Of a DNA stretch of 32,000 bases, positions 22,497-30,471 are shown one piece after another. The stretch's first letter is position 1; each line of letters begins with the position of its first letter. The DNA lies in the NCBI GenBank assembly GCA_900234795.1, contig LT962688.1:4650001-4682000 (forward strand), given 5' to 3'. The translations under genes and the position numbers were made by a program. The notes below the pieces were generated by a model. That model saw only the letters and a list, made by a program, of their open reading frames with translations. It was not told where the DNA came from and ran no database searches. This stretch comes from Methylorubrum extorquens. Lineage in GTDB: Bacteria > Pseudomonadota > Alphaproteobacteria > Rhizobiales > Beijerinckiaceae.

Positions 22497-23874
22497 GGTA
22501 GTTTCCCAGCAGCACGTTATCGAGGCGGGCGATCGCGTCCTCGACCAGCACGGCGGCCGAGAAGTAGCGGGTCACGAGGTGCGAGGCGATGGAGTGGTCG
22601 TTGGTGCCCATGTAGCGCACCGACAGGCCGGGCTCGATCTCGCCGGTCACGCCCGACTTCTGCAGGCCGACCACGCCCTGCTCGCCCTCGCCGACGCGCA
22701 GCAGCAGGATCGAGGTCGTCTGCGCACCCGTCACCGGATCGGTGTCGATCGGCAGCTTGTCGCTCGGCACCAGCGGCACACCGCGCCAGGTGATGAAGGG
22801 CGCGCCGAACAGGTGGACGACGACCGGCGGCACGCCGCGGCGGGTGGCCTCGCGGCCGAAGGCGGCGATGGCGCGCGGATGGGCCACGAAGAAAGCGGGC
22901 TTCTTCCACACCAGGGTCAGCAACTCGTCCAGGTCGTCCGGGGTCGGCGGGCCTGAGCGGGTCGGGATGCGCTGGCGGCCGGCGACTTCGCCGAGCAGGC
23001 CGAACTGCGAGTTGTTGAGCAGCTCCCATTCCTCGCGCTCCTTCACGGCATCGACCGTGAGGCGGATCTGCTCGCGCAGCTGATCGATCTCGTTGGAGTA
23101 GAGATCGGTGACGCGGGTGTGGGTGTTGAGGATCGTCTGGATCGTGGAGAGGTGATACTCGCGCGGATCGATCTCGTAATCGACGAAGGTGGTCGGCAGG
23201 CGCGGCTCGCCGGCATGGACCGCCAGGAGTTCGATGCCCTGCTCGCCGTAGGAGTTGGTGTGCCCTTTGAGGCGGTCACGCTCCTCCTGGTACTGGTCGA
23301 TGCGCGAGCGGACGGCCTCGTCCTCGATCGCGGCGCGGTCGAGGGTGAGCAGCGTCACCGCCGAGAGCGCCTTCACCGCCGGCGCCGGGCCGGCCTCGCC
23401 GACGAGGGCGTCGTCGCCGAAATAGTCGCCGCGCGTGGCAAGTCCCTGGCGTAGCCGGCCCTTGTAGGGGCCCGACAGGGTCAGCTCGACGGTGCCGTCG
23501 GCCACGATCACGAGGCTGCGGCCGGACGAGCCCTCCTCGGCGATGACCTCGCCGGCCTTGTGCCGGCTCTGCGTGAACTTGTCCGCGAGCGTGGCCAGTT
23601 CGGCATCGCCCAGGCGGCTGAACAGCGGAACGGCGCGCAGCGAACCGGGACGGACCGTGCGGCCCTTGTCCTCAAGGCTGAGATCGATGCGGCCGGGCTT
23701 GGCCAGCACCACGGCGCGGCGGTTGACCCGGTAGACGCCGCCCGCGACGTCGACGAAGGGCAGCAGGCGCAGGAGGAAGCGGGGGGTGTTGGCGACGTTC
23801 TGGACCGAGGTGACGGTCGCGGTCGCTAGATTGCGCGCGGCGGATGCGCTCACGCTCAGACCCGGTCCACTCAT
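22483..23874 (-). CDS. Family 2B encapsulin shell protein (HK97-fold, with inserted cNMP-binding-like domain), 463 aa
   Basis: Start moved to ATG 23872-23874 (AAGGAGA RBS ~9 nt upstream). Family 2 blocks:
- TPRFLLRLLPFVDVAGGVYRVNRR
- FVDYEIDPREYHLSTIQTILNTHTRVTDLYS
- PPTPDDLDELLTLVWKKPAFFVAHPRAIAAFGREATRRGVPPVVVHLFGAPFITWRGVPLVPSDKLP

A CAP-like insertion spans aa ~78-185 (LFSRLGDAELATLADKF...GDYFGDDAL). Confidence 0.9.
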
Positions 23875-24099
23875 CTGTCGTCGTCTCCTTACGGTGTTTC
23901 GGAAATTCGGCCGGTGTGGACGCGGGGGCCCGGCGCCGGCAGCACATCGGGTGCGGATGACAGGCAGCCGCCGGCACGGCGCAGGCACAAAGGCCACGCC
24001 GGCGCCGCACTGAACTTGCCAACACCATCGCTCTATTGATTGCGACTTGCCCGAGCCGGCCATATTGAGAAGTTCGGCCGGGGCAATTGATGTACTAGG

Positions 24100-24294
24100 C
24101 GTGGCGGCAACCAGCGGTCAACGGAATGATTTTCCAATTTTTGTGGATGTCGCAGGAGATGGATCTTCTGAAGCTGTCTTAATTAGTTGAACGTTTTATA
24201 AATCCGCATTTTAATGGAAAAATGTTCTACAAGATGTTCTCTTGGAGAATGTCTTGAAGCAACTCGTCGCGGAAAGATTTTTCTGGCAGCCGGC
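24100..24294 (-). promoter_or_regulatory. AT-rich island between cysE and the encapsulin gene; candidate promoter/operator region
   Basis: By my count GC falls to about 27% over 24181-24240, against ~70% in the flanks. It contains direct repeats (plus-strand ATGTTCT at 24222-24228 and 24234-24240, ATGTCT at 24249-24254). A weak sigma70-like pair sits on the minus strand: TTGACC (24116-24121) - 18 nt - TAGTAC (24092-24097). Confidence 0.4.
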
Positions 24295-25089
24295 TCAGAT
24301 CCCGTCGCCGAAACCGAAGGACTGATCCATGGTCTGGGCGGGCTCCTCGTCGCTCCGCAGGCGCGAGACGACCCGCGCCGGCACGCCCGCGACGGTGGTG
24401 TGGGCAGGCACCTCGTGCAGCACCACTGCGGCGGCGGCGACCTTGGCACCTTCCCCGACCCGGATGTTGCCGAGCACCTTGGCGCCGACGCTGAGCAGCA
24501 CCCCGCGCGCGATCTTCGGATGCCGGTCGCCACTCTCCTTGCCGTTGCCGCCGAGCGTCACCGACTGGAGGATCGAGACGTCATCGGCCACGACCGTGGT
24601 CTCGCCGATGACGACGCCGGTGGCGTGATCGATGAAAACCCCGGAGCCGATCCGCGCCGCCGGGTGAATGTCGCAGCCGAACACCTCGGAGATGCGGCTC
24701 TGCACGTGCAGGGCGAGCGTCGCCCGGCCCTGATGCCAGAGCCAGTGCGCCACCCGGTAGCCTTCGAGCGCGGCGAAGCCCTTGTAGAACAGGAACGGAT
24801 CGAGATAGCGCCGGCAGGTCGGGTCGCGCTCGCGGATGGCGATGAGATCGCGCACGGCGTGCAGCCCCGCATGCGGGTCGGCCTCGAAGGCGGAGAAGCA
24901 GAGATCGCGCATGGTGAGCCGCGACAGGTCGCCGTCGCCGAGCCGGTGGGCGAGGCGGTAGGCCAGAGCCTCCGACAGGCTGCGCTGGTCGAGCACCGTC
25001 GCCTGGATCAGGCCCGCATAGAGCGGCTCCTCGATCAGCGCAGCCTCGGCCTCGCTCCGCATCGCCGCCCAGACATCCCCCTCCGCCAT
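24295..25089 (-). CDS. cysE: Serine O-acetyltransferase
   Basis: EPLYAGLIQATVLD... N-terminal SAT helical domain, RDPTCRRYLDPFLFYKGFAALEGYRVAHWLW, then hexapeptide repeats DIHPAARIGSGVFIDHATGVVIGETTVVADDVSILQSVTLGG...RHPKI. Start is ATG 25087-25089 (264 aa). GTG 25140, with GGAG 8 nt upstream, is an alternative. Confidence 0.9.
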   Translation of the reverse strand: MAEGDVWAAMRSEAEAALIEEPLYAGLIQATVLDQRSLSEALAYRLAHRLGDGDLSRLTMRDLCFSAFEADPHAGLHAVRDLIAIRERDPTCRRYLDPFLFYKGFAALEGYRVAHWLWHQGRATLALHVQSRISEVFGCDIHPAARIGSGVFIDHATGVVIGETTVVADDVSILQSVTLGGNGKESGDRHPKIARGVLLSVGAKVLGNIRVGEGAKVAAAAVVLHEVPAHTTVAGVPARVVSRLRSDEEPAQTMDQSFGFGDGI

Positions 25090-25225
25090 GCTGCGGCTCG
25101 TCGCCCGCAGGGGCGGGACGATCGCCAGGGCTGCGGTCACGACCGGGTCTCCGGATTGGACAGGGGGAGCGGGCGGAGGCCGCAGCGATGATCGCGCGCA
25201 CGCATCGTCGGGTCGTCCGATCGCT

Positions 25226-25429
25226 TCACGGGATGCGCCGGAACAGGTCCGGCAGGTAGCTCTGCAGGGTCTCGTGGCCGTCGAACTGGACATCGATCGT
25301 GGCGCGGCCGGCCTGACCGTGGATGCCGATCACCCGGCCCCGCGCATGGCGCCAGATCCCGAGGGCTTCGGCGAGGTCGAGCCGATCGAACACGACCTGA
25401 TCGCCGGGAAGCATCGTCGCACTCAGCAT
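25226..25429 (-). CDS. Small hypothetical protein (67 aa) immediately upstream of cysE
   Basis: ATG 25427-25429 with AAGGA 7 nt upstream: MLSATMLPGDQVVFDRLDLAEALGIWRHARGRVIGIHGQAGRATIDVQFDGHETLQSYLPDLF. The pattern looks like a small beta-rich (SH3/KOW-like) protein. No family recognised with confidence. Confidence 0.5.
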   Translation of the reverse strand: MLSATMLPGDQVVFDRLDLAEALGIWRHARGRVIGIHGQAGRATIDVQFDGHETLQSYLPDLFRRIP

Positions 25430-25620
25430 GATGGTGTCCTTGAAGCGGGAATCCCGTCACGGCTTCCGATCCACCGACCCGAACGCAGCTTCTCAAATCG
25501 CGCGCCGCGGGAAGGGGAGGAAGAGCCTGCCAACCGCGCCGGGATACGGGAGAAGATTTGCTGCGCGGGAGGGCGGATCAAGAGCATTATTTTCGGTAAG
25601 TCATTGTTTCAATTTGATAA

Positions 25621-26120
25621 TTATCGAGGGAACGCCGTTTGGCAAGCCTTGTTCCGCACTTCTCGCCGCGCGGCCCCGGAACAGGACGGCGGCCCGCTGT
25701 CGCCTGCGAACTGATTCCGCTTCCGGTTGAGCCTCGGGTTTCGCCACACACCATCATTGCGACCGGCGGCGAGCGCTCGATCGAGGTCGGTCCGGATCTC
25801 GTCGATGTTCGCCAACCCGACGGCGAGGCGCACAGAACCGTCGGTGACGCCGGCGGCGCGCGGCTAATCCGGCGTCAGGTGCGAGCGGCGGGTCGAAGCC
25901 GGTTGGATCGCGCGGCTGCGGGCATCGCCGAGTTTGGCGACGTCGTAGAACAGCTTGGACGCTTCAGCGCGGAGGCCGCCTGATCCGAGGCGGGGGGCGC
26001 GTGCGGCCGCACCGCCCTTCAGTGCGGCAAGGACGCCGCTCCGGCACGTTGACGGTGGGACTAGTGACCCGGATGTCGATGATGCCGAGGGCCTGGAGCG
26101 CAAACAGGTTTTCGCATCCG
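25621..26120 (-). pseudogene. Decayed C-terminal remnant of an O-acetylhomoserine sulfhydrylase / Cys-Met-metabolism PLP enzyme
   Basis: Minus-strand translation gives ...LKGGAAARAPRLGSGGLRAEASKLFYDVAKLGDARSRAIQPASTRRSHLTPD*PRAAGVTDGSVRLAVGLANIDEIRTDLDRAL. This parallels the family C-terminus (...ANIGDAKSL.IHPASTTH.QL..EE....GV....VRLSVGIE...DII.DL.QAL). There is an in-frame TAG at 25864-25866. The N-terminal ~300 aa are missing, and upstream similarity shifts frame. Confidence 0.55.
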
Positions 26121-26158
26121 CTCGCGCCAACGGCCGGCCGAACGCTCGGCCGATTGCC

Positions 26159-26731
26159 TCACGGGTGCTTGTGGATCGGATCGACCCAGTAGACCGTCTC
26201 GGGCCGCTCGGCCGCCTCGACATCGGGCAGGTTGACCACCACCGCCTCGTTGTCGGAGCGCACCAGCACGCAGTGCAGGGGCTCATCGGTCGAGGCGTTG
26301 ATCTCCTGGTGCGGCACGTAGGGCGGCACGAAGATGAAGTCGCCGGGCCCGGCCTCCGCCACGTATTCGAGGCGCTCGCCCCAGCGCATCCGGGCGTGGC
26401 CGGAGACGATGTAGATCACGCTCTCCAGCGCGCCGTGGTGGTGCACGCCGGTCTTGGCGTCGGGCTCGATCGCCACGGTGCCGGCCCAGATCTTCTGGGC
26501 ACCGACCCGTGCGGCGTTGACCGCGGCCTGCCGGAACATGCCGGGCGTCTGCGCCGTGTTGGGATCGAGCCGGTCGCCGGGGATCACCCGCACGCCGTCG
26601 TGCTTCCAGCGCGCGGCGGCGCCTTCGTCGTGGTCGTGATTGTGAGGCTCATGGTCGTGAGGCTCATGGTCATGGGTGTGGCCGTCGCCGAGGTCGTGCA
26701 TGTTCACAAAATCCTTCGCCGCCGCGATCAT
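26159..26731 (-). CDS. Cupin-domain protein with a His-rich N-terminal tract
   Basis: Both cupin motifs are present: GVHHHGALESVIYIVSG and GPGDFIFVPPYVPHQEIN. His-rich N-terminus HDLGDGHTHDHEPHDHEPHNHDHDEG. The ATG at 26729-26731 overlaps the upstream gene's TGA (ATGA), implying coupling. Confidence 0.88.
   Translation of the reverse strand: MIAAAKDFVNMHDLGDGHTHDHEPHDHEPHNHDHDEGAAARWKHDGVRVIPGDRLDPNTAQTPGMFRQAAVNAARVGAQKIWAGTVAIEPDAKTGVHHHGALESVIYIVSGHARMRWGERLEYVAEAGPGDFIFVPPYVPHQEINASTDEPLHCVLVRSDNEAVVVNLPDVEAAERPETVYWVDPIHKHP
26642..26671. repeat. Perfect 15-bp tandem duplication inside the cupin His-rich tract
   Basis: gtgaggctcatggtc at 26642-26656 is repeated exactly at 26657-26671. 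It encodes the duplicated pentapeptide HDHEP-HDHEP on the minus strand. Confidence 0.9.
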
Positions 26732-27669
26732 CGCACGGCGGCAAGCGCGTCCGAAAACCCGGTATCGAGGATCGCCTCGGCGCGCGGGGCCCGGGCCGCC
26801 GGGATCAGTCCGGCCCGCACGTAGAGGTCGATGATGCGCTGCTCGTCGGCGATCACGGTGTCATTGATCGGCACCGTGCGATAGCGCGCGCGCCCGAACC
26901 AGCGCAGAGGCACCGCCTCGGGCAGGCCGATCAGCCGCGACCATGCGGCAGCATAGGGCGCCGGATCGGTCAGCGCCCGGGCTCGGGCCCTGGCGAGGCG
27001 GGCGGCGTAGTCGGCGAGCAGGGCGCGCTTGGACTTCAGCGCGGCGTCGCTCGCCACCGCGTAGCTCAGGCCCGGGGTGATGCCGTTGCCGTCGCGGAGC
27101 ACCCGCACGAGGCCGGCGAGTTCAGCCGCGGAGGTGTAGGGCTCCCAGGTCGACCACGCATCGACCGCGCCGGATGTCAGCGCCAACTTGGCGTCGGCCG
27201 GCGGCAGGAAGCGAAACTGCACGCTGTCGGCGGGCAGCCCTGCTTCTTCGAGGGCGGCGAGGACGACCTGGTGGCCGATCGAGCCGCGGTTGGTGGCGAT
27301 CCGCTTGCCCTGGAGGTCCGCCACGCTGCGGATGGCGGAATCGGGCCTCACGAGGATGGCGAGCCCGTCCTGCCGGTTGCGGAAGGCCAGAAAGGCCTTG
27401 ACCGGAACCCCCGCGGCGGCGGCGAAGGTGAAGGGGCCATCGCCGACGCCGCCCGCGTCGATGACGTCGGCATTCAGAGCTTCCAGCAGCGGGGCGGCCG
27501 CCGGAAACTCGCTCCATTCCAGCCGGTAGGTGAGGCCGTCGAGCACGCCCGTGGCCTCCATCAGGGCGCGGGCGTTGCCGCGCTGATCGCCGACGCGCAA
27601 GACCTCCTCCGCGCGGGCGGGCGCGAGGCTGGCGAGCGCCAGCGCGATCAGGACGAGCCAGCGGACCAT
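26728..27669 (-). CDS. Periplasmic substrate-binding protein, aliphatic sulfonate (SsuA/TauA, NMT1-like) family
   Basis: Signal peptide MVRWLVLIALALASLAPARA. LRVGDQRGNARALMEATGVLDGLTYRLEWSEFPAAAPLLEALNADVIDAGGVGDGP and DLQGKRIATNRGSIGHQVV are typical of SsuA-like binding proteins. The ATG at 27667-27669 shares one base with the upstream TGA (TGATG); GTG 27672 is an alternative. Confidence 0.85.
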   Translation of the reverse strand: MVRWLVLIALALASLAPARAEEVLRVGDQRGNARALMEATGVLDGLTYRLEWSEFPAAAPLLEALNADVIDAGGVGDGPFTFAAAAGVPVKAFLAFRNRQDGLAILVRPDSAIRSVADLQGKRIATNRGSIGHQVVLAALEEAGLPADSVQFRFLPPADAKLALTSGAVDAWSTWEPYTSAAELAGLVRVLRDGNGITPGLSYAVASDAALKSKRALLADYAARLARARARALTDPAPYAAAWSRLIGLPEAVPLRWFGRARYRTVPINDTVIADEQRIIDLYVRAGLIPAARAPRAEAILDTGFSDALAAVR

Positions 27670-28766
27670 CACGCGGCCTCCGCCGTGCCGCGGCGCCGGG
27701 CGAGCAGATCCTTGAAGGCCGGCAGCAATTCGCGCCCGTACTGGATCGCGTCCTCCAGCGGGTCGAAGCCGCGGATCAGGAAGGTGCGCACGCCGAGGTC
27801 ATGATAGTCGAGCAGCGCGTCGGCGACCTGCTCGGGCGTCCCGACGAGCGCCGTGGAGTTGCCGGAGGCGCCGGTCTCGGCGGCGATCGCGGTGTAGAGG
27901 CGCTTGTCGAGGCGCTGGCCCTCGGCCGCCGCGGCAAGCAGCCGGCGCGAGCCCTCGTTCTGCGGGGGCGCTGCAGACGCGAGGCCGCGGGCGGTCCGCA
28001 GCCGCCGGGTCTCGGCAAGGATGGCCTCTGCCCGCGCCCAGGCCCGCTCCTCGGTCTCCGCCAGGATCGGCCGCAGCGAGAGGCTGAACCGCGGGGAGCG
28101 CCCATGCGGGGCGGCCGCCGCCCGCACCCTGCCGATCAACTCGCGCACCTGGGCGTAGGTCTCGCCCCACAGCGCGTAGGTATCGGCGTGGCGGCCGGCC
28201 ACCGCCAGAGCCGCCGGCGAGGCGCCGCCGAAATAGACGGGGATCGCCCCGACTGGCTTCACCTCGGAGAATCCGGCCTCGATCCGGTAATGGCGGCCTG
28301 CGTAATCGAAGGGCGCATCCGACGTCCAAGAGAGACGCAGGATGTCGAGGAATTCGGCGGTACGGGCGTAGCGCTCGTCCTTGGTGAGGTGGTCGCCGTC
28401 GCGGGCGAGATCGCGGTCGTCGCCACCGCTGATCGCGTGGATCGCCACGCGCCCGCCGGTGAGCTGGTCGAGCGTCGCGAACTGGCGCGCCGCGATCGTG
28501 GGCGCGGTGAAGCCGGTGCGATGGGCGATCATCAGCCCGATGCGCCGCGTCGCGGCCGCGATCTCCGCGGCGATCAGCAGGGGATCGGGGGAGGTGGAAT
28601 AGGCCGCCACCAGCACCCGGTCGAACCCGCCCCGCTCGTGCGCCTTGGCCAGGAGCCGCAGATAGTCGGGCTCGATCGCCGGCCCGCGCGCCGCGCGCGT
28701 CTCGGAGACTTCGTGCGGAGCGACGAAGCCGATGAACTCGGTCGTCTCGGGCGGCAGCAGGCTCAT
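27669..28766 (-). CDS. LLM-class flavin-dependent monooxygenase, alkanesulfonate monooxygenase (SsuD)-like
   Basis: ATG 28764-28766 with GAGGA 8 nt upstream. The layout is collinear with SsuD-type luciferase-like monooxygenases: TAPTIAARQFATLDQLTGGRVAIHAISGGDDRDLARDGDHLTKDERYARTAEFLDILR...PVYFGGASPAALAVAGRHADTYALWGE...ALVGTPEQVADALLDYHDLGVRTFLIRG. Confidence 0.85.
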   Translation of the reverse strand: MSLLPPETTEFIGFVAPHEVSETRAARGPAIEPDYLRLLAKAHERGGFDRVLVAAYSTSPDPLLIAAEIAAATRRIGLMIAHRTGFTAPTIAARQFATLDQLTGGRVAIHAISGGDDRDLARDGDHLTKDERYARTAEFLDILRLSWTSDAPFDYAGRHYRIEAGFSEVKPVGAIPVYFGGASPAALAVAGRHADTYALWGETYAQVRELIGRVRAAAAPHGRSPRFSLSLRPILAETEERAWARAEAILAETRRLRTARGLASAAPPQNEGSRRLLAAAAEGQRLDKRLYTAIAAETGASGNSTALVGTPEQVADALLDYHDLGVRTFLIRGFDPLEDAIQYGRELLPAFKDLLARRRGTAEAA

Positions 28767-28784
28767 CCGAATTTTCCTCGACTG

Positions 28785-29930
28785 TCAGACACCGAGCGCA
28801 GCGCGGCCGGCGGCAATCCGCACCGCGTCGCCCTGCGGCCAGTGGATGCGCGCGCACAGGACGTCGCGCAGGTGCCGCTCCAGCGGCGCTTTTCGCGAGA
28901 GCGCGGCGTTGCCGCAGAATTCGGCCACCCGCTGCACCGCCTTGATCGCGTTCTCGGTCACGGTCAGCTTGACGAAGCCTGCCTCCTGCGGGGCCGGCAG
29001 CGCGTCCGCATCGGTCTCGGCGGTGAGGCTGGCCACGAGCCGGGCGTTGACGGAGAGGAGGCGCTCGTTCTCGCCCACGGCCTCGTGAAAGCGCGGCAGG
29101 CTGGCGAGCGGTGCCCCGAGGCTGCCGGGCACGCGCTCGTGCAGGAAGTGCCGGAACCACGCCTGCGCCGCCTGCGCGACCCCGTCGTAGAGGGCGGCGA
29201 GCAGGGTGCAGCTCCAGGCCTGCTGCAGCGGATCGGGCCGGCGCCATTCCTCCGGGCGGCGCAGATCGACCGCGTGGTCGCTCGGCACCCGCACGTCCTC
29301 GAACACCACGTCGTGGCTGCCCGAGGCGCGCAGGCCGAGATGGTCCCAGGTCTCCTCGATGCGGATGCCCGGGGACGACATCGGCACCAGCAGGTTGCCG
29401 ACCCGCGGCTCCGGCTCGTCGGTGCGCACGAAGACGACGCCGTAGGCGAGCCCCGGCGCGCCGGTGGAGTAGATCTTTCGGCCCGATACCCGCCAGTCGT
29501 CGCCGTCGCGCCGGGCGAACGTGCCGGGCAGGCCGCCGCGGGCGGGTGTGCCGAGATCGGGCTCGACCCTGAGCGCATTGATGAGGGCGCCCTTCGTCAC
29601 CGCGTCGCGCCCGACCGTGTCCGCGAGCGCCCGCGGCCAGGGCGTGCCGGCGCGGTGGATCAGCCCGTGCTGGAGCAGCGTCATCGCCAGCACCAAGGCG
29701 ACCGCCGGATCGCCGGCACCGAGCGTACCGACGACCTGTGCCGCCCGCGCCAGCCCGGCCCCGCCGCCACCGAGCCGTTCCGGCACGGTGAGCCCGATCA
29801 GACCTGCTTCGCGCAGGGATGCGATCGGCCCGTGCGGAAAGGCGCCAACGCGATCGCGTTCGCCGGCTTCCGCAGCAAAGTGCTCGGCCAGACGCCGGAC
29901 GGTATCGAGGGACGCGGCGGCCATGGTCAT
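28785..29930 (-). CDS. Acyl-CoA dehydrogenase-fold flavoprotein, SfnB/DszC-like (organosulfur oxygenase type)
   Basis: Inside ORF 28785..30233. Start placed at ATG 29928-29930 (MTMAAASLDTVRRLAEHFAAEAGERD); ATG 29924 is equally possible and there is no clear RBS. ACAD-type blocks: WRVSGRKIYSTGAPGLAYGVVFVRT, ETWDHLGLRASGSHDVVFEDVRVP, TENAIKAVQRVAEFCGNAAL. Confidence 0.82.
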   Translation of the reverse strand: MTMAAASLDTVRRLAEHFAAEAGERDRVGAFPHGPIASLREAGLIGLTVPERLGGGGAGLARAAQVVGTLGAGDPAVALVLAMTLLQHGLIHRAGTPWPRALADTVGRDAVTKGALINALRVEPDLGTPARGGLPGTFARRDGDDWRVSGRKIYSTGAPGLAYGVVFVRTDEPEPRVGNLLVPMSSPGIRIEETWDHLGLRASGSHDVVFEDVRVPSDHAVDLRRPEEWRRPDPLQQAWSCTLLAALYDGVAQAAQAWFRHFLHERVPGSLGAPLASLPRFHEAVGENERLLSVNARLVASLTAETDADALPAPQEAGFVKLTVTENAIKAVQRVAEFCGNAALSRKAPLERHLRDVLCARIHWPQGDAVRIAAGRAALGV

Positions 29931-30471
29931 CGAGAGGGCATGAGGAAAGAGCGAGGGTGGGGAGGGGCTGAGCCGAGTGCCGTGACGATTGGCGAGAGGC
30001 TTTTCGCAAGGTCTCGCTATGCTCGGCGCGGAGGAGCGAGCGGTCAACGAAACGTGTTTCCAAAGATGGGACCTCTGGAAGGAGGTTCTGCCCGCACGCT
30101 TCCGAATACCGGAAGATCGCGCTCTGCTCTGTCGACGACGCGTAGGACCTCTGCTTCGGAGGCCGTGTCCGCGGTGTCTCGCCCGCGAACGGACCGTCCT
30201 GTCGCCGCTTCCCCATGATCCAGCGCTGATCACCCGAAGCCCGGATCGCTGGGTGAAAAAATCTTCTCGCGGACGTCAAATCTGCGAAAGTCTATCGCCG
30301 GACGTGCCGTATTTTGGAAATATGCTTCGATTGACTTTACTGCCAAGCAATTGAAAACTGAATAAGCCAGCCCCTTCCGAGAAGCTGTTCCCGATATCGA
30401 CGCGCCGCATCGTCCCGGTTGACCGGGCGATTCTCCGGTGCGTCCCGCCTTGCGACCCTGCGGAGACGACT

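Noticed and set aside
25430-25580. SAM-II-like riboswitch upstream of the small ORF/cysE unit (GCGATTTGAGAAGCTGCG)
   Set aside because: Only the short CGATTT and AAGCT words are present, and they are 3-4 nt apart. That leaves no room for the pseudoknot architecture, so this is probably chance.
27799-30279. 826-aa minus-strand and 805-aa plus-strand ORFs (27801..30218) spanning the SsuD-like and SfnB-like genes
   Set aside because: They are out of frame with, or antisense to, the recognisable LLM monooxygenase and ACAD-fold genes. They are extremely Arg/Pro/Gly-rich and have no plausible starts with an RBS.
30280-30365. Sigma-54 (-24/-12) promoter or LysR T-N11-A box in the AT-rich divergent region between the sfnB-like operon and the ABC transporter
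   Set aside because: TGGAAATATGCTT and TGCCAAGCAATTG have the wrong GG-GC spacing for a sigma-54 promoter. The ATTG-N14-CAAT and TTG-N10-CAA dyads are too short to call without comparative data. The region is probably regulatory, but no specific site can be supported.
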